From contig JBLWVX010000038.1 of NCBI GenBank assembly GCA_048268245.1, forward strand, positions 1 through 21,042: a stretch of 21,042 nt of DNA, read 5' to 3'. The position numbers and the translations under genes are program-made. Position 1 is the first letter of the stretch; every line of letters starts with the position of its first letter. This DNA is from Arcobacteraceae bacterium (lineage in GTDB: Bacteria > Campylobacterota > Campylobacteria > Campylobacterales > Arcobacteraceae). This document shows, piece by piece, positions 1 through 9,680 of the stretch. The notes beneath the pieces are model-generated. The model did no database searches, was not told the origin of the DNA, and worked only from the letters and a program-made list of their open reading frames with translations.

Positions 1-45
1 ATTATTAAAAATATATTTAGTATAAAAATATAGTTACTTATAATT

Positions 46-1116
46 ATGCTTTTTTTAACTTTAATGTTAGTAATTTCATTTTTTGTTAAATGTACTATAA
101 TACCTTCATTTAAAGAGCAAGTGGTCTCTAATATTATTGATAATACTACAAGGTTGGCTTTTAGAATATCAAAAAATGTAGACTTTGAGAATTTAGATGA
201 AAAATTAATGAATAATAAGTTGAAACTAGATTTAGATATCTTTAAAATCTCTAATATTCATTATTTCAACAACCATGGTATAGTTATTTATTCAACAAAT
301 AAAGAAAAAATAAATAGTGAAAAAACTGATAGGTACTTCTTTGAAATTGTTTCAAAAGGTAAAGTCTATTATGAAATACAAAATAAACAAACAAACACTT
401 TCTTAGAAGTTTATATACCTGTAGTTAAAAATGATGATTTTAAAGGTGCATTTGAAATGTATTATGACATTACAAATGAAATGAATAGTTTTGAAGAACT
501 TTCAATTAAAATTATGTGTTTAGTGTTATTTAGTAGTGTTTTCTTTTCTTTTATATTTTTTATTGTTATGTATATTGTAAGTAAAAATAACCTTAGATTA
601 AAAAATAATGAGTATATATTAAAAAATCTAGCAAATAATGATGGTTTAACTAAACTTTATAACAGAAGACACTTTTATAAACTTGCTACTAAAATTTTGA
701 AACTATCACAAAGGTCAAAACAAGACATATGTATTTGCATGATTGATATTGACAATTTTAAGAGTATTAATGATACTCATGGGCATCACCTAGGTGATTA
801 TGTAATAAAAAATCTTGCTAAAAAACTAGATACTTTAACAAGACAAAGTGATATAGTTGCAAGATATGGTGGAGAGGAGTTTGTTCTTCTTTTACCAAAT
901 ACAAAACTTGCTGGAGCTAAAGTAATATCTAGCAAAATATGTAAGTTAGTTTGCGAACAAAAACTTTTACATAAAAATATAGATTTAAGCTACACTATTT
1001 CCTTAGGACTTTGTCAATATAATGGTACTGATTCAATAGATGATTTTGTTATAAAAGCAGATGAGGCCTTATATAAAGCAAAAGCTGCAGGAAAGAATCA
1101 AGTTATCACTGCATAG
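46..1116 (+). CDS. Membrane-bound GGDEF diguanylate cyclase with an extracytoplasmic (Cache-like) sensor
   Basis: Two hydrophobic segments flank a ~130-aa loop. C-terminal DGLTKLYNRR, DIDNFKSINDTHGH, RYGGEEF and ADEALYKAK motifs. RxxD I-site (RQSD) precedes GGEEF. Start uncertain (no SD). Confidence 0.93.
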   Translation: MLFLTLMLVISFFVKCTIIPSFKEQVVSNIIDNTTRLAFRISKNVDFENLDEKLMNNKLKLDLDIFKISNIHYFNNHGIVIYSTNKEKINSEKTDRYFFEIVSKGKVYYEIQNKQTNTFLEVYIPVVKNDDFKGAFEMYYDITNEMNSFEELSIKIMCLVLFSSVFFSFIFFIVMYIVSKNNLRLKNNEYILKNLANNDGLTKLYNRRHFYKLATKILKLSQRSKQDICICMIDIDNFKSINDTHGHHLGDYVIKNLAKKLDTLTRQSDIVARYGGEEFVLLLPNTKLAGAKVISSKICKLVCEQKLLHKNIDLSYTISLGLCQYNGTDSIDDFVIKADEALYKAKAAGKNQVITA

Positions 1117-1188
1117 AGTCTATTTTTACTATATCGTAAATGTTTTTTGGGTATCCTATGCCAAAATTATTACTGAATAGGATATTAA

Positions 1189-2469
1189 ATGTTTGATAAT
1201 TCAATAAAAGCATATGAAGAAGCAAAAGAAGTTATTCCAGGTGGAGTAGATTCTCCTGTTAGAGCTTTTAAAAGTGTTGGTGGAACTCCTCCATTTATCG
1301 AAAAAGGTGAAGGTGCTTATCTTTTTGATATTGATGGAAATAAATATGTAGATTTTGTACAATCATGGGGACCACTTATTTTTGGTCATGCAGATAAAGA
1401 TGTTGAAGAAGCAGTTATCAATACAGCTAAAAAAGGTTTATCTTTCGGTGCTCCAAGTCCACTTGAGACTGAATTAGCACAAGAGATTGTTGATATGTTT
1501 GATAATATTGACAAAGTAAGATTTGTAAGTTCAGGTACTGAAGCTACAATGTCAGCTATTAGACTTGCACGTGGGGTTACAGGAAAAAATGATATCATAA
1601 AATTTGAAGGATGTTACCATGGACATTCAGATTCATTACTAGTTCAAGCAGGTTCAGGACTTGCAACTTTTGGAACTCCTAGTAGTCCAGGTGTTCCAGC
1701 TGACTTAACTAAACATACATTACTTTGTGAATATAACAATATTGAAAACTTAAAAAAATGTTTTGAAGACTCTGATGATATTTCTTGTATTATTATAGAA
1801 CCAATTGCTGGAAATATGGGATTAGTTCCTGCAAGTACTGAGTTTATAAAAGCTTGTAGAGAATTATGTGATGCAAATGGTGCTTTACTTATTTTTGATG
1901 AAGTTATGACAGGTTTTAGAGCTTCACTAAAAGGTGCAAGTGGAATTTTAGAACAACAAGCAGATATTATTACTTTTGGTAAAGTAATAGGTGCTGGTAT
2001 GCCTGTAGGAGCTTTTGCTTCGTCAAAAGAAATTATGGGACATTTATCTCCAGATGGTGCAGTATATCAAGCTGGAACATTAAGTGGTAATCCAGTAGCT
2101 ATGAGTGCTGGACTTGTAAATCTTAGAAAACTAAAAGCAAATCCAGAAATATATGAAGAACTAAATGCAAAAGCAGTTAAGTTAGTAAATGGATTAAAAG
2201 AAGTTGCAACTAAAAATAATATTGCATTACAAGTAGATACTAGAGGTTCAATGTTTGGATTCTTCTTCTGTGAGGATGTTCCTACAAACTTTAAAGAAGT
2301 TGCTAAATGTGACTTTGATAGATTTGCTAAATTCCATCATGAAATGATTAAAAAAGGTTTCTATTTTGCTTGTTCTCAATATGAAGCAGGGTTTATGTCA
2401 ACGGAAATTTCAAATGATGATATTGAAGCTTGTATTGAAGCTGCTAATGAAGTAATGAAAAATTTATAA
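1189..2469 (+). CDS. hemL: Glutamate-1-semialdehyde 2,1-aminomutase
   Basis: [53 protein letters not shown] (PLP lysine), [16 protein letters not shown] upstream. Confidence 0.98.
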   Translation: MFDNSIKAYEEAKEVIPGGVDSPVRAFKSVGGTPPFIEKGEGAYLFDIDGNKYVDFVQSWGPLIFGHADKDVEEAVINTAKKGLSFGAPSPLETELAQEIVDMFDNIDKVRFVSSGTEATMSAIRLARGVTGKNDIIKFEGCYHGHSDSLLVQAGSGLATFGTPSSPGVPADLTKHTLLCEYNNIENLKKCFEDSDDISCIIIEPIAGNMGLVPASTEFIKACRELCDANGALLIFDEVMTGFRASLKGASGILEQQADIITFGKVIGAGMPVGAFASSKEIMGHLSPDGAVYQAGTLSGNPVAMSAGLVNLRKLKANPEIYEELNAKAVKLVNGLKEVATKNNIALQVDTRGSMFGFFFCEDVPTNFKEVAKCDFDRFAKFHHEMIKKGFYFACSQYEAGFMSTEISNDDIEACIEAANEVMKNL

Positions 2470-2479
2470 GGAGAGTAAG

Positions 2480-2794
2480 ATGGATATTTTAAAAAGTGTA
2501 GATTTAGTAAAAAAAGCAAATATTTACTTTGATGGAAATGTAACAAGTAGATCTTTTGTAGACTCAAATGGTGAAGATAAGTCTCTTGGTATTATGATGC
2601 CAGGTGAATATAACTTTGGAACAAATGCAGCTGAGTTAATGGAGATTTTAGATGGTGAAGTTGAAGTAAAACTTGCAGGTTCTGACACATGGAATACATA
2701 TACTGCAAATACATCATTTGATGTACCTGCTAATTCTAGTTTTGATATTAAAGTAAAAACAATTACTGATTATTGTTGTTCTTATATTAAATAA
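2480..2794 (+). CDS. ppnP: Pyrimidine/purine nucleoside phosphorylase (DUF1255/YaiE cupin)
   Basis: KANIYFDGNVTSRS, SLGIMMPGEYNFGT, E-M-E, FDVPANSSF and C-terminal YCCSY are typical of PpnP. SD AAGGAG. Confidence 0.9.
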   Translation: MDILKSVDLVKKANIYFDGNVTSRSFVDSNGEDKSLGIMMPGEYNFGTNAAELMEILDGEVEVKLAGSDTWNTYTANTSFDVPANSSFDIKVKTITDYCCSYIK

Positions 2795-2802
2795 GGTATT
2801 TC

Positions 2803-3114
2803 ATGGAAAATAAACAAAATAATAAACCTAAGCATCAAGGTAAGTTAGAAGCTTTAGATAACTTATCTTTAGGTATTTCTATGGTAGCAGCAGTTGCTAT
2901 TGGATTTGGTATTGGGTATGGTTTAAAAGCACTTACAGGTTATGAATGGACTCTATGGCTTGGAGTTTTCTGGGGAGTTGCTGCTGCTGGGCTTAATATA
3001 CAAAAAGCATATAAAAGAGCTCAAAAAGAGTTTGAAGGATTAGAAAACGATCCAAGATATGCCCATAGAGCTAAGTATGGAGATAAATCAGACAACGATG
3101 ATGAAGACAAATAA
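2803..3114 (+). CDS. AtpZ/AtpI (ATPase gene 1) family small membrane protein
   Basis: Two TM helices with the Gly pattern LGISMVAAVAIGFGIGYGL...W.LGVFWGVAAAGLN. Lies downstream of hemL, as recalled for other Campylobacterota. Confidence 0.8.
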   Translation: MENKQNNKPKHQGKLEALDNLSLGISMVAAVAIGFGIGYGLKALTGYEWTLWLGVFWGVAAAGLNIQKAYKRAQKEFEGLENDPRYAHRAKYGDKSDNDDEDK

Positions 3115-3652
3115 AACCATTTTAGATTTTGCAAAAGTATTTATAGTAATAAATCTTTGTTTACTTATCTATTCTTTAGGTTTTCATGATAAATATTGGC
3201 TATTAAACGCACAGGTTGCGTTTGTAGCTTCTTTATTTATAACTATTACTTCTTTCTTTTCTTATAAGAAAAATATTCAAAATAGAATATCTACAATTGA
3301 TTATTCAAAAGAAGACTATTCAAATGAGCAAAGAGATAAAGTTGATGAGATTGATGATCCATATGATTTATATAGTGAATATAAAGAGATTCCAGAAGAA
3401 GAACTTACTCCTGAAAAAATAAAAGAAATAATCAATGATGAAAAATCAAAAGTTAAAAGAAATTCTTTTAAAAATGCAATATTTAGTGCAGGTGGTTTTT
3501 TATCAATTTATAGAATATTAGGATATGGTTTATTGGTTTTCTCATTTTTTGCATTAAATAACAATAACTTATTTTTACCAGTTGCATTTTTGGTTGGATT
3601 AGGAGTTGTTCCTATTGGTGTTTTATTCTCTAAGTTTGTATTTAAAACTTAG
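3098..3652 (+). CDS. 4-TM membrane protein with a large acidic loop (possibly AtpI-like)
   Basis: The ORF track starts at 3059; ATG ATG at 3098/3101, overlapping the end of the upstream gene, is a more plausible start. Four hydrophobic segments. Confidence 0.7.
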   Translation: MMKTNKTILDFAKVFIVINLCLLIYSLGFHDKYWLLNAQVAFVASLFITITSFFSYKKNIQNRISTIDYSKEDYSNEQRDKVDEIDDPYDLYSEYKEIPEEELTPEKIKEIINDEKSKVKRNSFKNAIFSAGGFLSIYRILGYGLLVFSFFALNNNNLFLPVAFLVGLGVVPIGVLFSKFVFKT

Positions 3653-3661
3653 AGAATAAAT

Positions 3662-4342
3662 TTAAATAATAAGAGGTAAGTCAATAGTTATATTGTCTTC
3701 TTCACAACTTAAAATAAAAGTAGAGTGATCTCTTGCTTTTAATGCTGTTACATCTGTTTTTTTATCTGATTGAATTTTTACACTAATTAAAGAGTACTTC
3801 TTCCCATCAATTCTTATATATTCACCAATTTTAAGCATTACAGAACACTTAATAGTTGTAGCATTGCTAAATGCTTGAAATATGTCATTTACTACTTTTA
3901 TGAAAGAACTAGCTTCTAATTTGAAATCAGGAATAGAGGGGTCATAGTTTTTTACATAATTTATTTTATTTTTGATTTTTTGTGTAGATATAGCTAAATC
4001 AAGTATTGTAAAGATATTAGTATTAGCTACATTTGAGATATTTAGTTTAGATTTTTTTTTAACCATTGCACTTTTATAAAGCTTCATATGAATTTCATCT
4101 TCATCTTCATATTTTACTGTAATGGCATAAAAAGTATAGTTCTTCATTGATAAATCAATATAAGATGTTTTAGCCCCGAAGGATTGAGAAGCATATTTTA
4201 ATGCTAACTCAAAAAGCTCATTTTGCTTAATTCTACTAAGCAAAAATTGAGCTTCACTATTTGAATAAGTGATTTTCCCACTTTGATTAAAAGATATTAT
4301 TGGGTTTAAATCTAAATCAACCCATTCTTCAAAGAAGTTCAT
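3662..4342 (-). CDS. Hypothetical protein: PAS-like N-terminus plus degenerate NtrB-like HATPase region
   Basis: Starts 3 nt after the rpoD stop. NPIISFNQSGKITYSNSEAQFLL is PAS-like. KNYDPSIPD resembles the NtrB DYDPSLP motif. Confidence 0.75.
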   Translation of the reverse strand: MNFFEEWVDLDLNPIISFNQSGKITYSNSEAQFLLSRIKQNELFELALKYASQSFGAKTSYIDLSMKNYTFYAITVKYEDEDEIHMKLYKSAMVKKKSKLNISNVANTNIFTILDLAISTQKIKNKINYVKNYDPSIPDFKLEASSFIKVVNDIFQAFSNATTIKCSVMLKIGEYIRIDGKKYSLISVKIQSDKKTDVTALKARDHSTFILSCEEDNITIDLPLII

Positions 4343-4345
4343 TTC

Positions 4346-6199
4346 TTAACTCTCAACATAGTTTTTAAGGTTTTTACCTACTTTAGGGTGTTTTAATTTT
4401 TTAATTGCACTTGACTCAATTTGTCTAACTCTTTCTCTTGTAACTGATAACTCTTTACCAATTTCTTCAAGAGTTCTATCAGATGCATCATCCATTAACC
4501 CAAATCTCATTCTAACAACAGCTTGTTCTCTCTCATTTAGTTGTGCTAAAATTTGATCAATTTGCCCTTGTAAGTCTTCTTTCATAATATTATCTACTGG
4601 TGTTGGAGCTTTTTCATCTGGTACAAAGTCTCCAAATTTACCATCATCATCAGAACCAATAGGAGCTTCAAGTGATACAGGCTCTTTAGTAATTTTAATT
4701 ACTTGTTTTACCTTATCAACTGCAAGTCCTACTTCTTTTGAGATATCCTCTACATCTGGCTCTTTACCATTTTCTTGGATACCTTTTCTAATGATCTTAT
4801 TAATTCTATTAATAGTTTCAATCATATGAATAGGAATTCTAATTGTTCTTGCTTGATCTGCAATAGCTCTTGAAATTGCTTGCCTAATCCACCATGTTGC
4901 ATAAGTAGAGAATTTATATCCCTTTTTATACTCAAATTTATCAACAGCTTTCATAAGACCTATATTACCCTCTTGAATTAAGTCTAAGAATGGTAAACCT
5001 CTATTTGTATATCTTTTTGCAATAGATACAACAAGTCTAAGGTTTGACTTAGCCATTCTAGTCTTAGCTTTATCCGTAATTTGCTTACCTCTTTTAATTT
5101 GTTCTAAAACATCTTTTAATTCTTCAGGTTCTAAATCAAAACCATCTTTAGAAGCTTCTGCTGTTTGGAACAGTTTTTTGATTTCCATATAAGTAGAAAC
5201 CATTGTTGCTTCAGGAACCATAGAAGTTATTTGAACTTTTGATAAGTTGATAATATTATCTAATATCTTTTGGTGATTAGCTAATAAAGTATCATTAAAT
5301 AATGGTAATCTATACTCTAATCTTTTAAGTTCAGAATCAAATCCTGTATCAGATTTAAGTGCAGTTTCCATAGCTTTTACAATTTCAGTAATAAGTTTAG
5401 ATGTTGGACCTAAGTCTAATAATGCTTCTTTTAAAATTTTCTTTTTAAACGCAACTGCTAAGTTGTGTTGCATTTGATGAATTTCATCTTCTGATTTTGC
5501 TTCTTCTTTTGCTAGGAATTTAAGCCAATCTTTTTTAGCTTTTTCTAAAACTTTAAAAGAATCAATAATAGTTTGAGCTCTTTTATCAAGTTTTTTGTTT
5601 TTCTTTCCTGCTTCATCATCCGCATCATCAGAATCAACTTCTGTTTCCACTTCATCTGCAGAATCATCAGAATCTTCATCATCAAAGTTTCTGAAAAGTT
5701 CTTTTACTTTTCTTTCTCTATTTACTAAAGGTTCTTTGTATTCTAAGATGAAATCTATTAAGTATGGTACATAACAAATAGCATCAAGAATTACATCTTC
5801 ACCCATTTCAATTTTTTTAGAAATTTCAATCTCTTCTTCTTTTGTAAGTAATGGAATCTGCCCCATTTCTCTTAGATACATTCTTACAGGAGAATCAGAT
5901 CTAGACCACTCTAATAACTCTTTATTTTTTAATAAATCGAAAACATCATTTTCATTTTCGATTAATTTTTCTCTTTGTTCTCTTTTCTTTTTAGCTTCTT
6001 CAGCATTCATTCTTTTTGCTTGTTCTTGCGAACTAATAACAGTTACATTATATAGTTGAATAAAAGCTAAAAGTTTTTTTACATTTGCTGCTGATGGTGC
6101 TTTAGGAAAGATTTTAATAATTTTTTCATAAGTTAAAATAGAGTCTTTGTATTCTTTTACAGTTTGCTCTATAGCTTTATTTAAATCTTTTGCGCTCAT
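4346..6199 (-). CDS. rpoD: RNA polymerase primary sigma factor sigma70
   Basis: [12 protein letters not shown] (region 1.2), [79 protein letters not shown]. Confidence 0.99.
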   Translation of the reverse strand: MSAKDLNKAIEQTVKEYKDSILTYEKIIKIFPKAPSAANVKKLLAFIQLYNVTVISSQEQAKRMNAEEAKKKREQREKLIENENDVFDLLKNKELLEWSRSDSPVRMYLREMGQIPLLTKEEEIEISKKIEMGEDVILDAICYVPYLIDFILEYKEPLVNRERKVKELFRNFDDEDSDDSADEVETEVDSDDADDEAGKKNKKLDKRAQTIIDSFKVLEKAKKDWLKFLAKEEAKSEDEIHQMQHNLAVAFKKKILKEALLDLGPTSKLITEIVKAMETALKSDTGFDSELKRLEYRLPLFNDTLLANHQKILDNIINLSKVQITSMVPEATMVSTYMEIKKLFQTAEASKDGFDLEPEELKDVLEQIKRGKQITDKAKTRMAKSNLRLVVSIAKRYTNRGLPFLDLIQEGNIGLMKAVDKFEYKKGYKFSTYATWWIRQAISRAIADQARTIRIPIHMIETINRINKIIRKGIQENGKEPDVEDISKEVGLAVDKVKQVIKITKEPVSLEAPIGSDDDGKFGDFVPDEKAPTPVDNIMKEDLQGQIDQILAQLNEREQAVVRMRFGLMDDASDRTLEEIGKELSVTRERVRQIESSAIKKLKHPKVGKNLKNYVES

Positions 6200-6232
6200 T
6201 GACGAAAAATCCTCTTCTTAAGATAGGCATTT

Positions 6233-6238
6233 ATTATA
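6233..6238 (-). promoter_or_regulatory. Putative sigma70 -10 box (TATAAT) for rpoD
   Basis: ATTATA on + strand = TATAAT on - strand, 33 nt upstream of the rpoD ATG. SD GAGGA at 6210-6214 (-). Confidence 0.55.
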
Positions 6239-6295
6239 CCGAAATTACATAAGAAAGTTATTAAAAATTTGTTATTTAATCAAATATTACTAAAT

Positions 6296-6308
6296 TTTTA
6301 GCTAAAAT
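6296..6308 (+). promoter_or_regulatory. Putative sigma70 -10 box (TTTTAgcTAAAAT) for leuD-leuB
   Basis: TAAAAT at 6303-6308 preceded by a T-tract, Campylobacterota-style promoter. Confidence 0.45.
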
Positions 6309-6374
6309 GTGTGTTTTCTGAAAATAATCATGTTTAATAAATTAAAATATTTATTAAATACAAGGATACAAAAT

Positions 6375-6884
6375 ATGAATAAAATTACTGGAAAAGTATG
6401 GAATTTTGGCGCAAACATCGATACAGATGTTATCATCGCGGCAAGATATTTAAATAGTTCAGACCCTGAGCATTTAGCAAAATATGTTATGGAAGACGCA
6501 GACCCTGAGTTCCCAAACAAGTTACAAAAGGGTGATATTATTGTTGCAGGTGAAAACTTTGGATGTGGAAGCTCTAGAGAACATGCACCAATCGCTTTAA
6601 AAGCAGCAGGTGTTGCAGCTGTTGTTGCTCCATCATTTGCGAGAATCTTTTATAGAAATGCCTTTAACATGGGATTACCAATTTTTGAATTACCTGAGTC
6701 TTTAGAAATTAAAGAAGGTGAAGAAATTTCAATTAATTTAGATGCAGGTGAGATTACAAATAATACAACTAATAAAACTTATAAATTTATTCCAATTCCA
6801 GATTTTATGCAAGAGTTAATTGCAGCTGGTGGATTAATCAACTTTGCTAACATTGAAGCAGCAAAAGAAAAGGAAAATAACTAA
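6375..6884 (+). CDS. leuD: 3-isopropylmalate dehydratase small subunit (LeuD type 2/HacB-like)
   Basis: [43 protein letters not shown]. Start reassigned to ATG 6375 with SD AAGGA at 6362-6366. TAATG overlap with leuB. Confidence 0.95.
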   Translation: MNKITGKVWNFGANIDTDVIIAARYLNSSDPEHLAKYVMEDADPEFPNKLQKGDIIVAGENFGCGSSREHAPIALKAAGVAAVVAPSFARIFYRNAFNMGLPIFELPESLEIKEGEEISINLDAGEITNNTTNKTYKFIPIPDFMQELIAAGGLINFANIEAAKEKENN

Positions 6885-7948
6885 TGAAAAGATATAATAT
6901 CTCTTTAATTAAAGGTGACGGAATTGGTCCAGAAATTGTAGATGAAGCTGTAAAAGTTTTAGATACAGTTGCAGGTGCTTGTAATTTTACATTAGATTAC
7001 AAAGAGTACTTAATGGGTGGTATTGCTATTGATGAAACAGGTGTACCTTTACCAGCTGAAACTGTTCAAGGAGTTTTAAACTCTGATGCTTGTTTATTTG
7101 GAGCAATTGGTGGTGAGAAATGGGATACATTACCAAGAGATTTAAGACCTGAAACTGGACTTTTAAAGTTTAGAGAAGAGATGGGTGTATATGCTAACTT
7201 AAGACCTGCTATTGTTTATGATGAACTAGTAAACGCTTCTACATTAAAACCTGAAGTTATTGAGGGTTGTGATATCATGGTTGTTAGAGAGCTAATTGGT
7301 GGTATTTATTTTGGTCAACCAAGAGCTAATGACGGTCAAAAAGCTTACAATACTATGGTTTACACAAAACCAGAAATTGAAAGAATTGGTAGACAAGCTT
7401 TTGAATTTGCAATGAAAAGAGACAAAAGAGTTTGTTCTGTTGATAAAGCAAATGTGCTTGAAGTATCTCAATTATGGAGAGATACTATGGAAGAGATTGC
7501 AAAAGATTATCCTGCTGTTGAATTAACACATATGTATGTTGATAATGCTGCAATGCAATTAGTAAGAAACCCTAAACAATTTGATGTTATCGTAACTGGA
7601 AATATCTTTGGAGATATTTTATCTGATACAGCTTCTATGGTTGTTGGATCAATTGGATTATTACCATCAGCTTCTACTGGTGATAAAACTGCTATTTATG
7701 AACCTATTCATGGTTCAGCTCCTGATATTGCAGGACAAGGTATTGCAAATCCAATAGCAACAATTGAAAGTGCTGCTATGATGCTTAGATATTCTCTTGG
7801 AGAAGTTGAAGCAGCAAGTAAAATTGAAACAGCAATTAGAAATGTATTAAAAGATGGATACAGAACAAAAGATTTAGCAGCATTTGATGCTAAAGAAGTT
7901 GTAACAACTGCTGAAATGGGTGATATAATCGCTAACTACATTAAATAG
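6884..7948 (+). CDS. leuB: 3-isopropylmalate dehydrogenase
   Basis: [60 protein letters not shown]. Confidence 0.98.
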   Translation: MKRYNISLIKGDGIGPEIVDEAVKVLDTVAGACNFTLDYKEYLMGGIAIDETGVPLPAETVQGVLNSDACLFGAIGGEKWDTLPRDLRPETGLLKFREEMGVYANLRPAIVYDELVNASTLKPEVIEGCDIMVVRELIGGIYFGQPRANDGQKAYNTMVYTKPEIERIGRQAFEFAMKRDKRVCSVDKANVLEVSQLWRDTMEEIAKDYPAVELTHMYVDNAAMQLVRNPKQFDVIVTGNIFGDILSDTASMVVGSIGLLPSASTGDKTAIYEPIHGSAPDIAGQGIANPIATIESAAMMLRYSLGEVEAASKIETAIRNVLKDGYRTKDLAAFDAKEVVTTAEMGDIIANYIK

Positions 7949-7973
7949 TAAAAAAGGGAAACCCCTTTTTTAC
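7948..7973 (+). terminator. Intrinsic terminator after leuB
   Basis: GTAAAAAAGGG-aaac-CCCTTTTTTAC, a perfect 11-bp inverted repeat with a T tract. Confidence 0.75.
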
Positions 7974-8070
7974 GACTCTTTTAAAACTTTTATTATTATA
8001 TATAATTTTATTTAATAGAATTTAAGAATCATTTATGCTAGAATATTCAAAAATTAATTTAGGACTTCTA

Positions 8071-8997
8071 ATGGATAAAAAATATAGACTTGTTACTAGA
8101 AGTGATATGGATGGATTAGTGTGTGGAACGCTAATGAAGTATCTTGGAATAATAGATGAAATTACTTTTGTGCACCCAAAAGATATGCAAGATGGAAAAA
8201 TTGAGATAACATCAAATGATATAACTACAAATTTACCTTATGTTGATGGTGTATATTTAGCTTTTGATCATCACTTTAGTGAAACATTAAGAAATGAAAA
8301 AAATGATAATCATATTATTGACCCCAAAGCACCTAGTGCTGCTGAAGTTGTATATCAATATTATGGAGGAAAAGAAAAATTTCCTGAAACTTTTGATGCT
8401 ATGATGGTAGCTGCAAATAAAGCAGATAGTGCAGCATTTACAAAAGAAGATATTTTAAACCCACAAGGTTGGGAATTATTAAGTTTTTTAATGGACAGTA
8501 GAACTGGACTTGGAAGATTTAGAGAGTTTACAGTATCTAACTATCAGTTAATGATGGACTTAATTGATTATTGTAAAGACCATACTATTGAAGATATATT
8601 ATCTTTACCTGATGTTAAAGAAAGAGTTGATTTATACTTTAAATATGAAAAAGAGTTTAAAGAACAATTAAAAAGATGTACAAGAGTTGAAAAGAATCTT
8701 TTAATCATTGATTATAGAGATGAAGAGATAATTTATCCAGGAAATAGGTTTTTAGTATATGCTATGTACCCAGAAGCAAATATTTCTATTCATGTTGTAT
8801 GGGGAAGAGACAAGCAAAATGTAGTTTATAGTACAGGTAAATCTATTATAAATAAAAGTTCAAATACAAATGTAGGTGAATTAATGCTTAAATATGATGG
8901 AGGAGGGCATCAAGCTGCTGGTGGATGTCAACCAAGTCATGAAGATGCACCAAGAGTATTAGAAGAGTTAATTGCCCAAATTAATGCTGATGGTTAA
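8071..8997 (+). CDS. DHH/DHHA1 phosphoesterase ('exopolyphosphatase-related', PggH-like)
   Basis: RSDMDG, FDHH and GGGHQAAG motifs. Start reassigned to ATG 8071 (SD AGGA 8061-8064). TGcTAGAAT extended -10 at 8036-8044. Confidence 0.88.
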   Translation: MDKKYRLVTRSDMDGLVCGTLMKYLGIIDEITFVHPKDMQDGKIEITSNDITTNLPYVDGVYLAFDHHFSETLRNEKNDNHIIDPKAPSAAEVVYQYYGGKEKFPETFDAMMVAANKADSAAFTKEDILNPQGWELLSFLMDSRTGLGRFREFTVSNYQLMMDLIDYCKDHTIEDILSLPDVKERVDLYFKYEKEFKEQLKRCTRVEKNLLIIDYRDEEIIYPGNRFLVYAMYPEANISIHVVWGRDKQNVVYSTGKSIINKSSNTNVGELMLKYDGGGHQAAGGCQPSHEDAPRVLEELIAQINADG

Positions 8998-9019
8998 TGT
9001 TTATTTAGTAAAGAAGAGT

Positions 9020-9382
9020 TTATAAACTTTTCTTTACTAATTCATAAAACTCTTCAAAAGAGGGTAACTCAAGATTTGCATCTCTTTGTTTTTTGCCCCA
9101 CATAGGTTCAGGGAAATACGAGTCTTCTTTAAATCTAGCCATAATATGAAAATGAACATGTGGTACATAGTTTCCAAATGAAGCAATATTTACTTTATCA
9201 CACTTAAAATATTCTAACATGATTTTTTCGATAATATCTAAACATCGAAATATTTCCATTTTTGTTTCACCATCACAATGTGATAACTCTTTTAAATCTT
9301 TATTTGTAAATATTTTAAGCCATGGAATCTCACTTTGCTCAATTTGTATATTTATTAATTCATTTGTATATATTTTTGACAT
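9020..9382 (-). CDS. HIT family protein
   Basis: KVNIASFGNYVPHVHFHIMAR histidine triad, PEPMWG. SD AAGGGA. Confidence 0.92.
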   Translation of the reverse strand: MSKIYTNELINIQIEQSEIPWLKIFTNKDLKELSHCDGETKMEIFRCLDIIEKIMLEYFKCDKVNIASFGNYVPHVHFHIMARFKEDSYFPEPMWGKKQRDANLELPSFEEFYELVKKSL

Positions 9383-9471
9383 TTATTCCCTTTTCTTTGT
9401 AATGTTTGTATTTTACAACAAGAAAGCTGAAAGTAGTTTAAGCTTTAATCTATATTTAAGTAAAAATTAAT

Positions 9472-9477
9472 TATAAT
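9472..9477 (+). promoter_or_regulatory. Putative sigma70 -10 box (TATAAT) of the alpha operon
   Basis: Perfect TATAAT with AT-tract upstream. Predicted TSS ~9482-9484 coincides with the start of the leader's closing helix. Confidence 0.65.
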
Positions 9478-9483
9478 CCGGAT

Positions 9484-9680
9484 CCATTTTTTCAACCATC
9501 AAGGAAGTTTTTATAAAATATTTGTGTTTTATAAAGAGTTGGTAGGAGTAGCGTTTAAACAAACGCTTTACTATGGCCTACTATTTTTACTCCTGAATAT
9601 TTAGAGAAAATATAGGTTAAGACAAATGATACGGTAAAGATTATATCGTTTGTTTACGTCTCTTGCCTGTTGAAAAGTGG
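9484..9680 (+). promoter_or_regulatory. Structured 5' leader RNA of rpmJ-rpsM-rpsK-rpsD-rpoA-rplQ (candidate r-protein leader)
   Basis: Closing helix 9484-9496/9669-9680, second helix 9500-9504/9661-9665, internal hairpins 9508-9537, 9540-9583 and 9620-9655. Confidence 0.6.

Noticed and set aside
5605..5685. TCATCA/GAATCA short repeats in rpoD
   Set aside because: They encode the ordinary acidic low-complexity loop of the sigma70 non-conserved region.
7995..8006. Palindrome ATTATATATAAT
   Set aside because: Pure A/T, expected by chance in this composition.
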